This document shows, piece after piece, positions 27,761-38,053 of a stretch of 64,000 nucleotides of DNA (the stretch's first letter is position 1; each line of letters opens with the position of its first letter). The stretch is from a virus: positions 5,014-69,013 of the IMG/VR virus record IMGVR_UViG_3300023296_001057; one strand, 5' to 3'. The translations under genes and the position numbers were made by a program. Below the pieces are notes generated by a model that searched no databases, was not told the DNA's origin, and saw only the letters and a program-made list of their open reading frames with translations.

Positions 27761-29203
27761 TTATATTTTATATAGTTTAAATCTTGCAGGTACTTCCCAA
27801 TTTTCTAATGTAGTATTCACTGCTTTTATCATTTCCTCGGACATATCATCAACTGAAAATTCACCATCTCCTAACATCCATTCTCTTCCCTTAACTCCGT
27901 TCTCTTTTAATATTTTCCTATCAATATCATATACTACTTTTATAGTTTTAGATACATCCTCAGAATTTACTTTATCATCAAAAATATATGGAGTTGTTAC
28001 AGAACCAATAATTGTTTTAGTAGCCGCCCAAATTGGATACGCCCAGTCGCCCCATTTTAATTTATCTTCCCATTGTGGTGAATGTAAACTTTGAATTTCT
28101 ACATAATCATCAGCTGTAAATGGTTTTCCATTATAAGTAAATCCACATTGATCTTGCAACCCACCTGTAACTGTTGTTATGATAGGCGTACCTGCCAATA
28201 TTGATTCATGAGTAGTTAACCCATGTCCTTCATTACCCGCTATATTAATAGTAACGGTAGAAAGATTATAAAGTTGATTTAATTCTTCCTGTTTCAATCT
28301 ATTTGTTGAGATTTTCACATCATAATCTGGACATACTGCATCTTTCACCGCATATAAATCAGTACCATTATTATCAGTCGGATTTGTATGCATTAATAAT
28401 ACACATTTGTCTGCTTTTTCTTTTGGTAATGAGTCGCAAAATAATCTATAACTATATATTACATCAGATGGTTGTTTTCTCTTGATATTTCGATTCATCC
28501 AAAATACAATAAAATCATAATCTTTATCACCTAACACACTTCTTTTAAGTTTCAAGTCAATATCAGTTGAACTTAGTGGTTTGTATATATTCTGATTTAC
28601 TCCATGCTGTACGTGTGATATTTGCCAATCTTCTAGTTTCGGGTATAATGGAGTTTCATAATTCTGTGTTAATCTCTTTACAATTCCATACGTTTGTTTG
28701 GATATACACGCTATATGATCACAAGAAGCGTAATATGGTCTATTCCATTCTGGGTCAGGAACATTATCCCAAATAGCATAAAATATAATTGGACATATTC
28801 TTCGTACTTCATGTTCCATTTGATATAACCAGATCCAATACCTGGGATCTGTGAAGTGAATAAGAGCATCAGGTTTCTCTGAATCTAATAGCTGGCGTAA
28901 TATTGTTGGATTTCCATAACCATCCCAAGGAATAACTCTAACTGAACTATCTTCTAATCCAGTTTGTGTATTTACATCAGTACTTAAATCAAAAACCTTT
29001 CCTTGTTCAGGATGTTTTACTGCTGCTCCTAATTGAATGATGTTAAAATGATGAACAATACCTAATACAAACTCTTTAGTCATTGTTGCTACACCAGAGT
29101 GTAATCTTAAATCATCGGCGAGTATTAATAACTTCTTTCTTTTTTCTTTTGGTAGAACTTCATAACCGTTTCGGATTTCTCCTACTTTCCATTTTTTGCT
29201 CAT
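27761..29203 (-). CDS. GT4/GT-B glycosyltransferase
   Basis: SGVA, NRNIKRK, NEGHGL...ES...GTP, TGGLQDQ. Confidence 0.88.
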   Translation of the reverse strand: MSKKWKVGEIRNGYEVLPKEKRKKLLILADDLRLHSGVATMTKEFVLGIVHHFNIIQLGAAVKHPEQGKVFDLSTDVNTQTGLEDSSVRVIPWDGYGNPTILRQLLDSEKPDALIHFTDPRYWIWLYQMEHEVRRICPIIFYAIWDNVPDPEWNRPYYASCDHIACISKQTYGIVKRLTQNYETPLYPKLEDWQISHVQHGVNQNIYKPLSSTDIDLKLKRSVLGDKDYDFIVFWMNRNIKRKQPSDVIYSYRLFCDSLPKEKADKCVLLMHTNPTDNNGTDLYAVKDAVCPDYDVKISTNRLKQEELNQLYNLSTVTINIAGNEGHGLTTHESILAGTPIITTVTGGLQDQCGFTYNGKPFTADDYVEIQSLHSPQWEDKLKWGDWAYPIWAATKTIIGSVTTPYIFDDKVNSEDVSKTIKVVYDIDRKILKENGVKGREWMLGDGEFSVDDMSEEMIKAVNTTLENWEVPARFKLYKI

Positions 29204-29209
29204 AACTAT

Positions 29210-29731
29210 TTATAAATCTATTTTAAATTTTACTTTATCTGTAGTAGAATATATAATATATGTAGGATCTACTGTGAACTCTCTTATTTTCTTTTCATTG
29301 AATAACTTAACATATTTACTTCCTGTTCCACTTTTTAAATAAGCCACTGTTAAATGTGGATTGTATTCATCATATGGATTAGTATGTGGTAGTTTTTTTA
29401 AATCGGAATTACATTCATATATACTTTTACCTGAAACGATAAATTTTAATACATCGTATTCATCAGTTTCAAATAATGATATATTATTTATTGTACATTT
29501 ACCAAATTCATACTTCGATACTATTTTTTTAATTGAATCTAATGAAACATTATCATGCAATCCATATAACAACGTACAATGCGGTTCTACTTCTTTTGTT
29601 AGTAAATCTTCTTCTTCTATATAACTATGTAATTCCGTTATTTTCGGAAATTTAAAATACAACATCGCACATCCGTACGTTCTCTTATTAACCGTTTCAA
29701 ATATAATATCTAAAATATTTCTCAGTTTCAT
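29210..29731 (-). CDS. 2H phosphoesterase (Acb1/gp57B-like)
   Basis: two HxT motifs: EPHCTLLYG and YNPHLTVAY. Confidence 0.8.
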   Translation of the reverse strand: MKLRNILDIIFETVNKRTYGCAMLYFKFPKITELHSYIEEEDLLTKEVEPHCTLLYGLHDNVSLDSIKKIVSKYEFGKCTINNISLFETDEYDVLKFIVSGKSIYECNSDLKKLPHTNPYDEYNPHLTVAYLKSGTGSKYVKLFNEKKIREFTVDPTYIIYSTTDKVKFKIDL

Positions 29732-30016
29732 TTTATATTATCCATATTAATATCAGCAAGAAAACTATAAAAATTTTCATCATAAGTAACATCTTCAATT
29801 TTTTCTTTGATTTCTTTAGGTGATTCTGTTATTTTAAAATCAATCCTTTCAATCCTAAGATTTGAGTTATTCATATTTGTATAAAACCATTGCCCAATCT
29901 GAATATCTTTTTTGATAATTCAGTCAAAGCATTTACTACATTATCAACTTCTCGTTGTATTTGTTCCTTTGTTACCTTCATCTTCATTTATTTTTATATA
30001 GTGTTATTGTTTATTT

Positions 30017-30928
30017 TCATGTCCATTTATTAAAATCAGGAGTTTGCTCTACCTTTCCATCACAATGAACCCCTAAGAACTCACAAAATTTACAATTGCG
30101 TTGCTTTTCTCCAGGCGTTTTTCTATATGGTTGATCTTTATATGAGCCATCATCGTTAAACACGTCATCTACAAAATTCATAAACTCTTTATATGCTTTA
30201 TTAGTGGAAGGTGTACCATGAGATGGAACGAATCTGGAAATTCTTGGATTAGACCAACCTGTATCTTTTAGTTTTCTTTTTAGTATTTGATACTCAACTG
30301 TAATTTTATCTAGCGATACATCGAATTTTCCAGCATAGAACTTCTTATACAACAGCATTTGAGAAGTTTTGATCTTATCATTTTTCTCCCAATGTGACCA
30401 ACCCCATGTAGATGTTTTTAAATCTATAATTGTATATATATCTTTTTCTTTATTTCTAATACAAACATCAATAAAACCTAAGAACTGTAAACCTTCTTTT
30501 AGTTGATTATCTAATTTTAATTCGATTCCTACTAACTCATACCCTCTTTTCTTATAAAACTTAGAAGTGTTTGATTTAAACCATTTTAAGATTTGCCTAC
30601 CTTGTCCATAAAACTCTTCCAATTCCAATTGAGTGCAAGGATTTAGGTTATCTATAGATTTTTCTTTTTCTTTTTTAAAGTTATCCACCAATGCTTTCAT
30701 TAACATTGCGTCTAAATTTAACATATCCGCACTCTTCTTAGAACTCTCATACATCTTGGTTAGATAAGTTTGTACAGTATCATGCATACTAGAACCAAAG
30801 ATCAAATGTATAGAAGATTCTTTCTTTGATAATTTATCAATATACTTCAGTTTATATTGTCTTGGGCAATTTGAGTACATTGAAAATTGTGAATACGAAA
30901 CTACCTTTGTTCTTTCTTTTTTACTCAT
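30017..30928 (-). CDS. PD-(D/E)XK (RecB/Cas4-like) exonuclease
   Basis: SYSQ...CP, FG...H, GFID, IDLKT, Q...Y, C-terminal CKFCEF...C. Confidence 0.85.
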   Translation of the reverse strand: MSKKERTKVVSYSQFSMYSNCPRQYKLKYIDKLSKKESSIHLIFGSSMHDTVQTYLTKMYESSKKSADMLNLDAMLMKALVDNFKKEKEKSIDNLNPCTQLELEEFYGQGRQILKWFKSNTSKFYKKRGYELVGIELKLDNQLKEGLQFLGFIDVCIRNKEKDIYTIIDLKTSTWGWSHWEKNDKIKTSQMLLYKKFYAGKFDVSLDKITVEYQILKRKLKDTGWSNPRISRFVPSHGTPSTNKAYKEFMNFVDDVFNDDGSYKDQPYRKTPGEKQRNCKFCEFLGVHCDGKVEQTPDFNKWT

Positions 30929-31058
30929 AAATATATTAGTGTAGATAAAATTATATCTAAATCATCTGATTCTTGTAATATCAACAACTTTAGACCAATC
31001 CTTGATATTCTCTCTATTTACTTTTATTTCTCTTATATTAATAATAGGATTACCCTTC

Positions 31059-31087
31059 AATATAACAAATTTATTAGAAAATGTCAA
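31059..31087 (-). promoter_or_regulatory. sigma70-type promoter
   Basis: TTGACA-N17-TATATT. Confidence 0.75.
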
Positions 31088-31093
31088 TAGTTT

Positions 31094-31342
31094 TTATAGG
31101 ATATTGACCTTTACATAATCATCAGATGATTCCAATTGTTCTAATAAATTATCTACTTTTTTCTTATCTATTGAAGAAAAGTATCCTCTACCTAATCCTA
31201 GCATATATTCTAAATGTTCTCTTAAATTTCGCTTAGAAGTTGGAGATTGTTCGATATCATATATCTTTATAAAGGTAAATAAATCTCTATATGCTTCTTG
31301 AATATCTAAATCTCTGTTAGTATCACTCATTCCATCACTCAT
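31094..31342 (-). CDS. hypothetical protein
   Basis: ORF coupled to upstream gene. Confidence 0.6.
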   Translation of the reverse strand: MSDGMSDTNRDLDIQEAYRDLFTFIKIYDIEQSPTSKRNLREHLEYMLGLGRGYFSSIDKKKVDNLLEQLESSDDYVKVNIL

Positions 31343-31809
31343 TTTTTCCTTTGTTTTAATACCTTTTTAATTTCTTTAGGATCGGTTCCATACTTTTCAC
31401 AAATATGTTGTATGGTATCCTTTCCATCCTTTGTTGAATATAATATATCTAAGTAGTCTTCTGCTTCTAATTGAGAAACTTGAAACTCTTTTGCTAACAA
31501 TTCAACTAACCATTTTTCGTATTTGTTATCATTATCACCTTTAATATATTTACTATAATAATTTCTCTTTGGTATTATTCCAATGAATATTTTATAAAAT
31601 AACTCTGGTTCTAATTCTTGAACCAACGGCTGAAAATCAATTACAATTGGATGTAACTCGTCATTCATTGATAAGAAACGAAGTAACATAAAATTACTCC
31701 ATGTTTTTTTCGATTCAACTGAAATCTTATTAAAATAGTCAGGATCTTGAATCGACGTGATTGCTTTTAAATGATCAAATAAGCTTTGCTTTTTTTTAGT
31801 TTTATCCAT
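31339..31809 (-). CDS. clamp loader small subunit (gp62-like)
   Basis: LFD.L..I, FML.RFLSM, IPK..Y.KYIK; near the RFC gene. Confidence 0.75.
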   Translation of the reverse strand: MDKTKKKQSLFDHLKAITSIQDPDYFNKISVESKKTWSNFMLLRFLSMNDELHPIVIDFQPLVQELEPELFYKIFIGIIPKRNYYSKYIKGDNDNKYEKWLVELLAKEFQVSQLEAEDYLDILYSTKDGKDTIQHICEKYGTDPKEIKKVLKQRKK

Positions 31810-31811
31810 TA

Positions 31812-32087
31812 TTATTCAAAGAATTCTCTTAATTCAGCAGGTAGTAAATCTGTATTCAACGTTCCACATTGAGCGCAAAGAAATACCTCTACAGGAATTA
31901 GTACATCTTGCGGTGTTGCGGTAATTACCTTTGGTATCTTTCGTAAATGAACCGCGTTTAAATAAATATCATGTTGACATTCCTTACATTCCACTGATTT
32001 TGATTGTTTAACACTCACCTTTGGTGGTTGTTTTTGTTGATCTTTTTGTGGTTTCTTTCCTTTTCCTAAGTCTAGTATTTTTCCCAT
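31812..32087 (-). CDS. zinc-ribbon hypothetical protein
   Basis: CKEC ... CAQCG. Confidence 0.7.
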   Translation of the reverse strand: MGKILDLGKGKKPQKDQQKQPPKVSVKQSKSVECKECQHDIYLNAVHLRKIPKVITATPQDVLIPVEVFLCAQCGTLNTDLLPAELREFFE

Positions 32088-32091
32088 AATG

Positions 32092-33048
32092 TTATTTTAT
32101 TATATCTAATATTCTTGTTATACATCCCATAAACTGGATTTCTTTATCTATGACTAATGCTTCTTGGTACTGTGATTCTGCTAATATGAGAATAACTAGA
32201 AATTCCATTTTTACTGGACAGAAATCCTCTATTTTATCATATAAAAATCTATACATGTCTGTAAAATCCATTAACCTTGCATTAGCTATAGTTTTCCTGA
32301 TATTTATGAATTTATTTCTTGGTATATCCTTTTGTTTAAGTATATCCAAAATCTTATTTTTATAATCACCCTCATGTACAGTAAATTTATCAATTTTTAG
32401 TACTCCCTTTGATGTGGATAATTGACAAGTATTGATAACCTTTCTAATATCAGGATATGCATTATCAATAATAGGTACTAAATCTGTAGGTTTAAACTGT
32501 ACCTTTTCTTTTTGTAATATCTTTGACATATGAATTGCAATTTCCTTTTTAGATGGTGGCACAACTTCAAATACCTGACATCTAGATTGTATAGGTTCTA
32601 TAATTCGTTCTATATAATTACACGTCAATATAAATCTTGTATGTAATGAAAATGTTTCCATTAAATTACGAAGAACTGCCAGTCCACTAGCTGATATATA
32701 ATCTGCCTCATCCAATACAATTATTTTCAATGGATTGAATCCCATTGTAGAGGCAAATCCTTTTACTTTATTTCTAATTGTATCCACGTTATTTTCATCT
32801 GATGCGTTGATGAACAAACTGTCACATTTAATAGTGTTTACCAACATTTTGGCTGCTGTAGATTTACCACTTCCAGCTCTACCATGTAGAAGTAAGTGTG
32901 GAATATCTCCATCTTCTAAATAACTAGCGAACTTTTCTTTCAAATGGACATTACCTATATACTCTTCTAATCTCTCTGGTCTATAACGTTCAGTCCATAA
33001 AGAATTTTTACTGTTTATTGATTCCTCTTCTAATTCAAAAAAACTCAT
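32092..33048 (-). CDS. clamp loader ATPase subunit (RFC/gp44-like)
   Basis: WTERYRP, GRAGSGKS, NASDE, LDEAD, SRC. Confidence 0.95.
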   Translation of the reverse strand: MSFFELEEESINSKNSLWTERYRPERLEEYIGNVHLKEKFASYLEDGDIPHLLLHGRAGSGKSTAAKMLVNTIKCDSLFINASDENNVDTIRNKVKGFASTMGFNPLKIIVLDEADYISASGLAVLRNLMETFSLHTRFILTCNYIERIIEPIQSRCQVFEVVPPSKKEIAIHMSKILQKEKVQFKPTDLVPIIDNAYPDIRKVINTCQLSTSKGVLKIDKFTVHEGDYKNKILDILKQKDIPRNKFINIRKTIANARLMDFTDMYRFLYDKIEDFCPVKMEFLVILILAESQYQEALVIDKEIQFMGCITRILDIIK

Positions 33049-33244
33049 ATTAGTATCCTATTGTGTTTTATAATTTCTTCTTTAATACTTCTATTATTAT
33101 TAAGATATGATATAACTTTATACCACTCGTCCCTATCTACAATTACATGCTCATTTTCAATATGTAATTTGTTTTCCAATGCTGGATGACTATGTAAAAA
33201 TCCATAATCAAACCCAGCAGGTTTATTTAATTGTATTTTTTTCT

Positions 33245-33490
33245 TTATTTTTCATCGTTTTGTAAAAATTTAACTAATTTCAACATAATATCTCTATCAA
33301 TAATCATTTGATCTTCATACGGTTCACCAAAACGAATTATATGCCAAATATGTCGGATTTTGTTTTTCCAACTTCGGTGACTAAATCGTTCGAAGATTGC
33401 AAGATAATATGAATTCATTTCCTCATCATATTGTACTTGTAATAATTCCGTTCCACACAAACATTCTAATATTATTTTATCATCTGTCAT
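33245..33490 (-). CDS. hypothetical protein
   Basis: ORF in operon context. Confidence 0.6.
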   Translation of the reverse strand: MTDDKIILECLCGTELLQVQYDEEMNSYYLAIFERFSHRSWKNKIRHIWHIIRFGEPYEDQMIIDRDIMLKLVKFLQNDEK

Positions 33491-33492
33491 AA

Positions 33493-33798
33493 TTATTTCA
33501 CTTTTAATTCAAGTACACATACTTCTGTTAATCCATTTGTCCACGTGTAGTCATCGTTCTTTTCCCATTTATAGGGAAGTTCAGGCATTTCATCATCATC
33601 TTCGTACACATTATCATCTTCTTGTTGGTATATATTAACTAACTCTACTGCAATAGATACTGCATCATCTATATCACGATATACAATTGAAGTTATGCTA
33701 CCGCCTTCAAACACAGATCCCTCATATATCCCATATACTGTTTCATATTTATTCGTCATCGTCTCCATAGTAATAAATGTTTGGATGTTTAAGTTCAC
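33493..33798 (-). CDS. acidic hypothetical protein (start uncertain)
   Basis: ORF in operon context. Confidence 0.55.
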   Translation of the reverse strand: MNLNIQTFITMETMTNKYETVYGIYEGSVFEGGSITSIVYRDIDDAVSIAVELVNIYQQEDDNVYEDDDEMPELPYKWEKNDDYTWTNGLTEVCVLELKVK

Positions 33799-33985
33799 CT
33801 GTCTTTTTATCGTTTTCCAACTGGTCTATAATATCTTGTTCGGTATACACTGTATTATCATACATGACCTGTGTCATATATTCATCGTCAAAATATAAAC
33901 TAATATGTGATGGTAACTTTCGGGTTTTCGCTTCTATTTTCCTTGTTGTAATATTTAAATTAATTTCCGGTATGTCCATATCCAC
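33749..33985 (-). CDS. hypothetical protein
   Basis: acidic ORF overlapping the dut end. Confidence 0.45.
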   Translation of the reverse strand: MDMDIPEINLNITTRKIEAKTRKLPSHISLYFDDEYMTQVMYDNTVYTEQDIIDQLENDKKTGELKHPNIYYYGDDDE

Positions 33986-34424
33986 CTGTTCCTCTATCCG
34001 TTTCAGTTAATTCATCCACTTCTACAAATTCCACAGTTGGTATAGGTTGTATCATCATTTGACCAATACGATCACCAATTTCATATATTTCAGGTTCTGC
34101 CGTTGTAACCATATGAATACCATCAGCTCCAACATATTCCGCTTTTTTTGTGAACCAATAACGAAAACCAACTTCACCACGATATCCTGAATCAATAACT
34201 CCTACAGAATTTTTTAACATTAAATCCTTTTTCGTTACAGATGATCTTGGAAATATCAATCCCACATACCCTTCGGGAATTTCAAATGCCAATCCCGTTC
34301 CATATTCAATAAATTTATCAGTTGTATGATAACTGGTAGCTACCAAATCAAAACAAGCATCTCCTTCTTTTGCGTATTTTGGAATTACTGCATCACTTTC
34401 AAGTCGTTTTATTTTTAATTTCAT
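33960..34424 (-). CDS. dut: trimeric dUTPase
   Basis: A.FDL, PRSS, GVIDSGYRGE, GDRIGQ, RGTGGYGHTG. Confidence 0.95.
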   Translation of the reverse strand: MKLKIKRLESDAVIPKYAKEGDACFDLVATSYHTTDKFIEYGTGLAFEIPEGYVGLIFPRSSVTKKDLMLKNSVGVIDSGYRGEVGFRYWFTKKAEYVGADGIHMVTTAEPEIYEIGDRIGQMMIQPIPTVEFVEVDELTETDRGTGGYGHTGN

Positions 34425-34608
34425 TTTTTATCTTAGTTAATAATTTTGTTGCCAATTCTTTCTCTGTTGGTGCTGTATCATATTCATATGATGAGCATAT
34501 TCCCTTACCTGTAGATATTCTATCAAGTACATCCAACATATCTTTGATCGTTTCCGAACCTGATTGTTGTATTTGTTTTGCCAAATCTGTATTGTATATA
34601 TTATCCAT
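34399..34608 (-). CDS. hypothetical protein
   Basis: ORF in operon context. Confidence 0.55.
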   Translation of the reverse strand: MDNIYNTDLAKQIQQSGSETIKDMLDVLDRISTGKGICSSYEYDTAPTEKELATKLLTKIKNEIKNKTT

Positions 34609-34813
34609 ATCTGAACATTATATCTTGTGCCAATTCAGGTATGTGATCTTTAATTTCTTCTGCGTATACAAGTATTGCTTTTCTACAAGCATCTATATGT
34701 CTGTCATCACCACTACCTTTTACTTTTAATACAAAATAGTGGTCTGTTGGATCTATTGATGTACCGTCTGTTCTTTTTATAGTATATTTTTTATATAATC
34801 CTGGATCTGTCAT
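34601..34813 (-). CDS. hypothetical protein
   Basis: GLY.KY.I.RTDG...YFVL...D...A...YA pattern. Confidence 0.7.
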   Translation of the reverse strand: MTDPGLYKKYTIKRTDGTSIDPTDHYFVLKVKGSGDDRHIDACRKAILVYAEEIKDHIPELAQDIMFRYG

Positions 34814-34815
34814 AA

Positions 34816-35625
34816 TTATTCTTCTTTAAAGTTTCCATTTATTTCACTGTTGAAAAGATTCTCATCAAATGCGTAGGTCTTTTTTTTATAAGATAACCAC
34901 TCTTCATCTCGTTCAGGATGATCTCTCCAATCATATTTTAGCTTTTTAAATTGATTTTCCTCTTTCCATAATTTATAAAATAAGTTTTGTTTTACATTAG
35001 GAGTCGATTGTATGATAATTTTTGCACTTGGAACTAATCTCATGTACTGATATATATCTTCTTGGCGATTATTAAATGCGAAATCATTAGATATGATCAG
35101 AGAAGGTTTTATTGATTTTATTTTTTTATCTGTTGTAACGTTAGTATACTTTATATAAGAACCGTTACTAAATTTAAGATCTCGCTGATTAGGTAATACG
35201 GGGATGGATGAATTTAACGCATATAGTTCATTTAAATTTTGAAAAAATCTATCTTTATTTTTTTGTTCTATATGTCTATTTACTGAAAAATTTATAGTAG
35301 TAAAGTTATCATTAAAAAACATACTATGAATTGAATATACTGTTAATAAATTATCCATTCCCATTTGCCTTGCTGAACATATCATATGTTTAGTATTTGA
35401 TACCAATGATTGTAGTATCTCTTTTTGAAACGGATATAATTTAAACGGTATAAGTCCATTTTCAACAGTTTGTATTTTCATATAATTCTCTACAAAATAC
35501 GTAATATCTGTTTTACATCGTTCAAATTCGGTCAGAGTTTCTACATTATCAATACTAATCCACTTAGGTAGCGTAACCCCAAATGGTAGTATTGCCATTG
35601 TTTTAATAAAATTTAGTCGTTTCAT
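34816..35625 (-). CDS. stand-alone terminase large-subunit ATPase-like domain with Tat-like leader
   Basis: C..D..YF..NY.KI, LYPFQ, ARQMG, STPN, W..HP.RD..W; Walker motifs degenerate, no nuclease domain. Confidence 0.7.
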   Translation of the reverse strand: MKRLNFIKTMAILPFGVTLPKWISIDNVETLTEFERCKTDITYFVENYMKIQTVENGLIPFKLYPFQKEILQSLVSNTKHMICSARQMGMDNLLTVYSIHSMFFNDNFTTINFSVNRHIEQKNKDRFFQNLNELYALNSSIPVLPNQRDLKFSNGSYIKYTNVTTDKKIKSIKPSLIISNDFAFNNRQEDIYQYMRLVPSAKIIIQSTPNVKQNLFYKLWKEENQFKKLKYDWRDHPERDEEWLSYKKKTYAFDENLFNSEINGNFKEE

Positions 35626-35641
35626 TATGTTTTATTTTTAA

Positions 35642-36883
35642 TTATCTACCCACTTCTTTGATATATTTTTTCTTGGCAGTTTCCCAATCCATACCTATGA
35701 TCGGAAGATACCATAATAACTCAGGTTTTATTCTATCGTCCTCAATTAATTTTAGGTATCGCCTTTTAGCTTTTTTCTTCCACCATTTCAAAGAGTATTC
35801 ATCACCTTCTTTAAATTTAGTTTTCATCACTAAATCTTCTTCAGGTATTTCATCTCGTAAAAATTCATTACCGTTATCATACATCATTGCTAAATATACA
35901 CCACGCTTAAATCCATGGTGGTACTCTGATTGTTTGATTCCTAATTCTTTAAATATCATACCTAATATTCGCTGTTTAATACCACTAACTGGGCCAGATG
36001 CACCCTCTCCCGTTCCCATACTTTTACCGTTGCGGATACGTTCATTTGTGATCTTTTTCTCATAATCATCTGCTCTATGCTTTTTTAACCATTGATGCCA
36101 AGGTTCGTATACAGAATCATCAGGTTTGATACTAATTTTGCCTTTACTTTCACCTAGAGTTTTAAAATGTGGTATACCATTATACTGTGAATGAACTCCA
36201 TATAAAGAAGTAGTACCAACTCCTATTAATCTATCACCATATTTACTTTCCCATGCATCCCTTACAACTGGAGATGTTGCCATACACGCAATTAACTTAC
36301 CTCCTAAAAAATTATATCCCAATGGTTGTGTAGAAACTATAGTTGTTGCAATAGCAGTATTGTTTAATTTACCTTTTTTAAATCTATCATCACGCGACCA
36401 TCCAATATAAGCATCTCTTACTCCAAGTGAAGTTACATCAGAACCAACTGAAATTTGTCCTAATATTTTATTAGTTTTTTTATCACGAACATTAAATTTT
36501 AGATTTCTACCAGGATTAGCTACATATGCCATTGTATGAATTAGTTTCCTTACTTCAACCCATTGAGTCGCATCATCAGAATTTTCTATATATTCTACAA
36601 ATGGTTCTAATTCATCTATTTCTTTTAATGTTACATCAACGTTATAAATATCTTTCGGCATCCATAATTGATCATAATTTAATGCCAATTGAGATTTTTT
36701 TGAATATGATGATTTTAAATCTTTGTTCCACTCTTCCCATTTTTTATAAAGAGTTTGTTCCTCTACACTCATATTATAAAGATAGTCCATATTTTCTATA
36801 AACTTCTTTTTTTCTACTTCAAAGTTAAATTCACCATCATCAAAATCATCACCATTATCCCAAAAATTATTATTTCCTATCAT
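35642..36883 (-). CDS. DUF4338 / DruA-like protein
   Basis: PGR.L...V.D, RD.YIGW, QPLGYNFLGGKL.A, TTSLYG..SQY, LG...G. Confidence 0.7.
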   Translation of the reverse strand: MIGNNNFWDNGDDFDDGEFNFEVEKKKFIENMDYLYNMSVEEQTLYKKWEEWNKDLKSSYSKKSQLALNYDQLWMPKDIYNVDVTLKEIDELEPFVEYIENSDDATQWVEVRKLIHTMAYVANPGRNLKFNVRDKKTNKILGQISVGSDVTSLGVRDAYIGWSRDDRFKKGKLNNTAIATTIVSTQPLGYNFLGGKLIACMATSPVVRDAWESKYGDRLIGVGTTSLYGVHSQYNGIPHFKTLGESKGKISIKPDDSVYEPWHQWLKKHRADDYEKKITNERIRNGKSMGTGEGASGPVSGIKQRILGMIFKELGIKQSEYHHGFKRGVYLAMMYDNGNEFLRDEIPEEDLVMKTKFKEGDEYSLKWWKKKAKRRYLKLIEDDRIKPELLWYLPIIGMDWETAKKKYIKEVGR

Positions 36884-36885
36884 AG

Positions 36886-38022
36886 TTATCGTTCACTGAA
36901 TTTTTCATGTAATTTTTTTAACATTATACTTTCATTTTTAGATAGTTCTTTGGCTCTTTTTAAACTCATTTGTTCACGCTCTTGTCTATAACTATCGTTA
37001 TCTAATATTTTGTCCAACGCATCAAAAAGGTCTGATTTGTATTAAAAAAATAAACCGTCTGGTTCAATTTCTCTGTAACATAACGATTCCTGATAAATCA
37101 TAGGTGTACCGTTCATAAGACAATCTGTAGCAGATACCGACCATCCGTAATTTGTTTGTCGCATTTGAACACCTACTTTACATTCCTGTAACCTTTTGTA
37201 GTATTCTTGTTTTGGTGATTTGGAATTATCTATCCAATTTTCAGGAGACTTACGATTTAATTGTGGAATCCAAACTACAAAATCATCACGCCGTTCTCTA
37301 TACTCTCTCATTAATTTTAAAAATTTAGGATATCCCTTATACCCTGCAGCTCGGTGATTAAATACAATAATATTTCGCTTATCAGTTGATGGAGTTTCAA
37401 TAATCTTATTTTCTTGAACTCCTAAATTCCAAACTTGTAAAATAGAATCTAATTTCTGTACAAACGATTTATTAAATATTTCTCCAGCTTCTTTTAAAAC
37501 ACGATTCTTTTGATCTAATGTATTTAAATAACACGTTTCCATTTGAGATACACCTAATAATTCAACAGGCAACCATAACCATTTTGGTTTCCCTGGTCGA
37601 TTATCAGGCCCATTTGCAACCGATGTTTCCCACCAATGACAATATCCGATTATTGATGTATCCATGTGCTTTTTATATCTCCCAACTTGTGTCCAATCTG
37701 GTAAATGAGAATAAATAATATCATAATCTACATCACGCAATAAAGCTACCAATTTATCATCAGGAAATGATCTTTGATTCATCATATCACCTGGAATATC
37801 CATTTGATGTTGTTTCACATTTCCTAAGTTTAGCTTTTTACTTACATTGCCAGTGGGCATTATAATATGCCAAAAATAATCACCATATAGCTCTAAACCT
37901 TTAATATGGTTATAGATAACATCTACAAATGAATCCTTTTCAATATTAGATGAATTAGTAATATTTGGTATTACTAATATTTTTTTACTATTATTATAAT
38001 CTATACTATCCCAATATTTCAT
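36886..38022 (-). CDS. GT-B glycosyltransferase (in-frame TAA at 37042-37044)
   Basis: FNHR...YKG, YGWSVS..D....GTP; frame stays open for 51 codons after the TAA. Confidence 0.7.
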
Positions 38023-38053
38023 TATTTATTTAATTTAAAAATCAATACATTAC

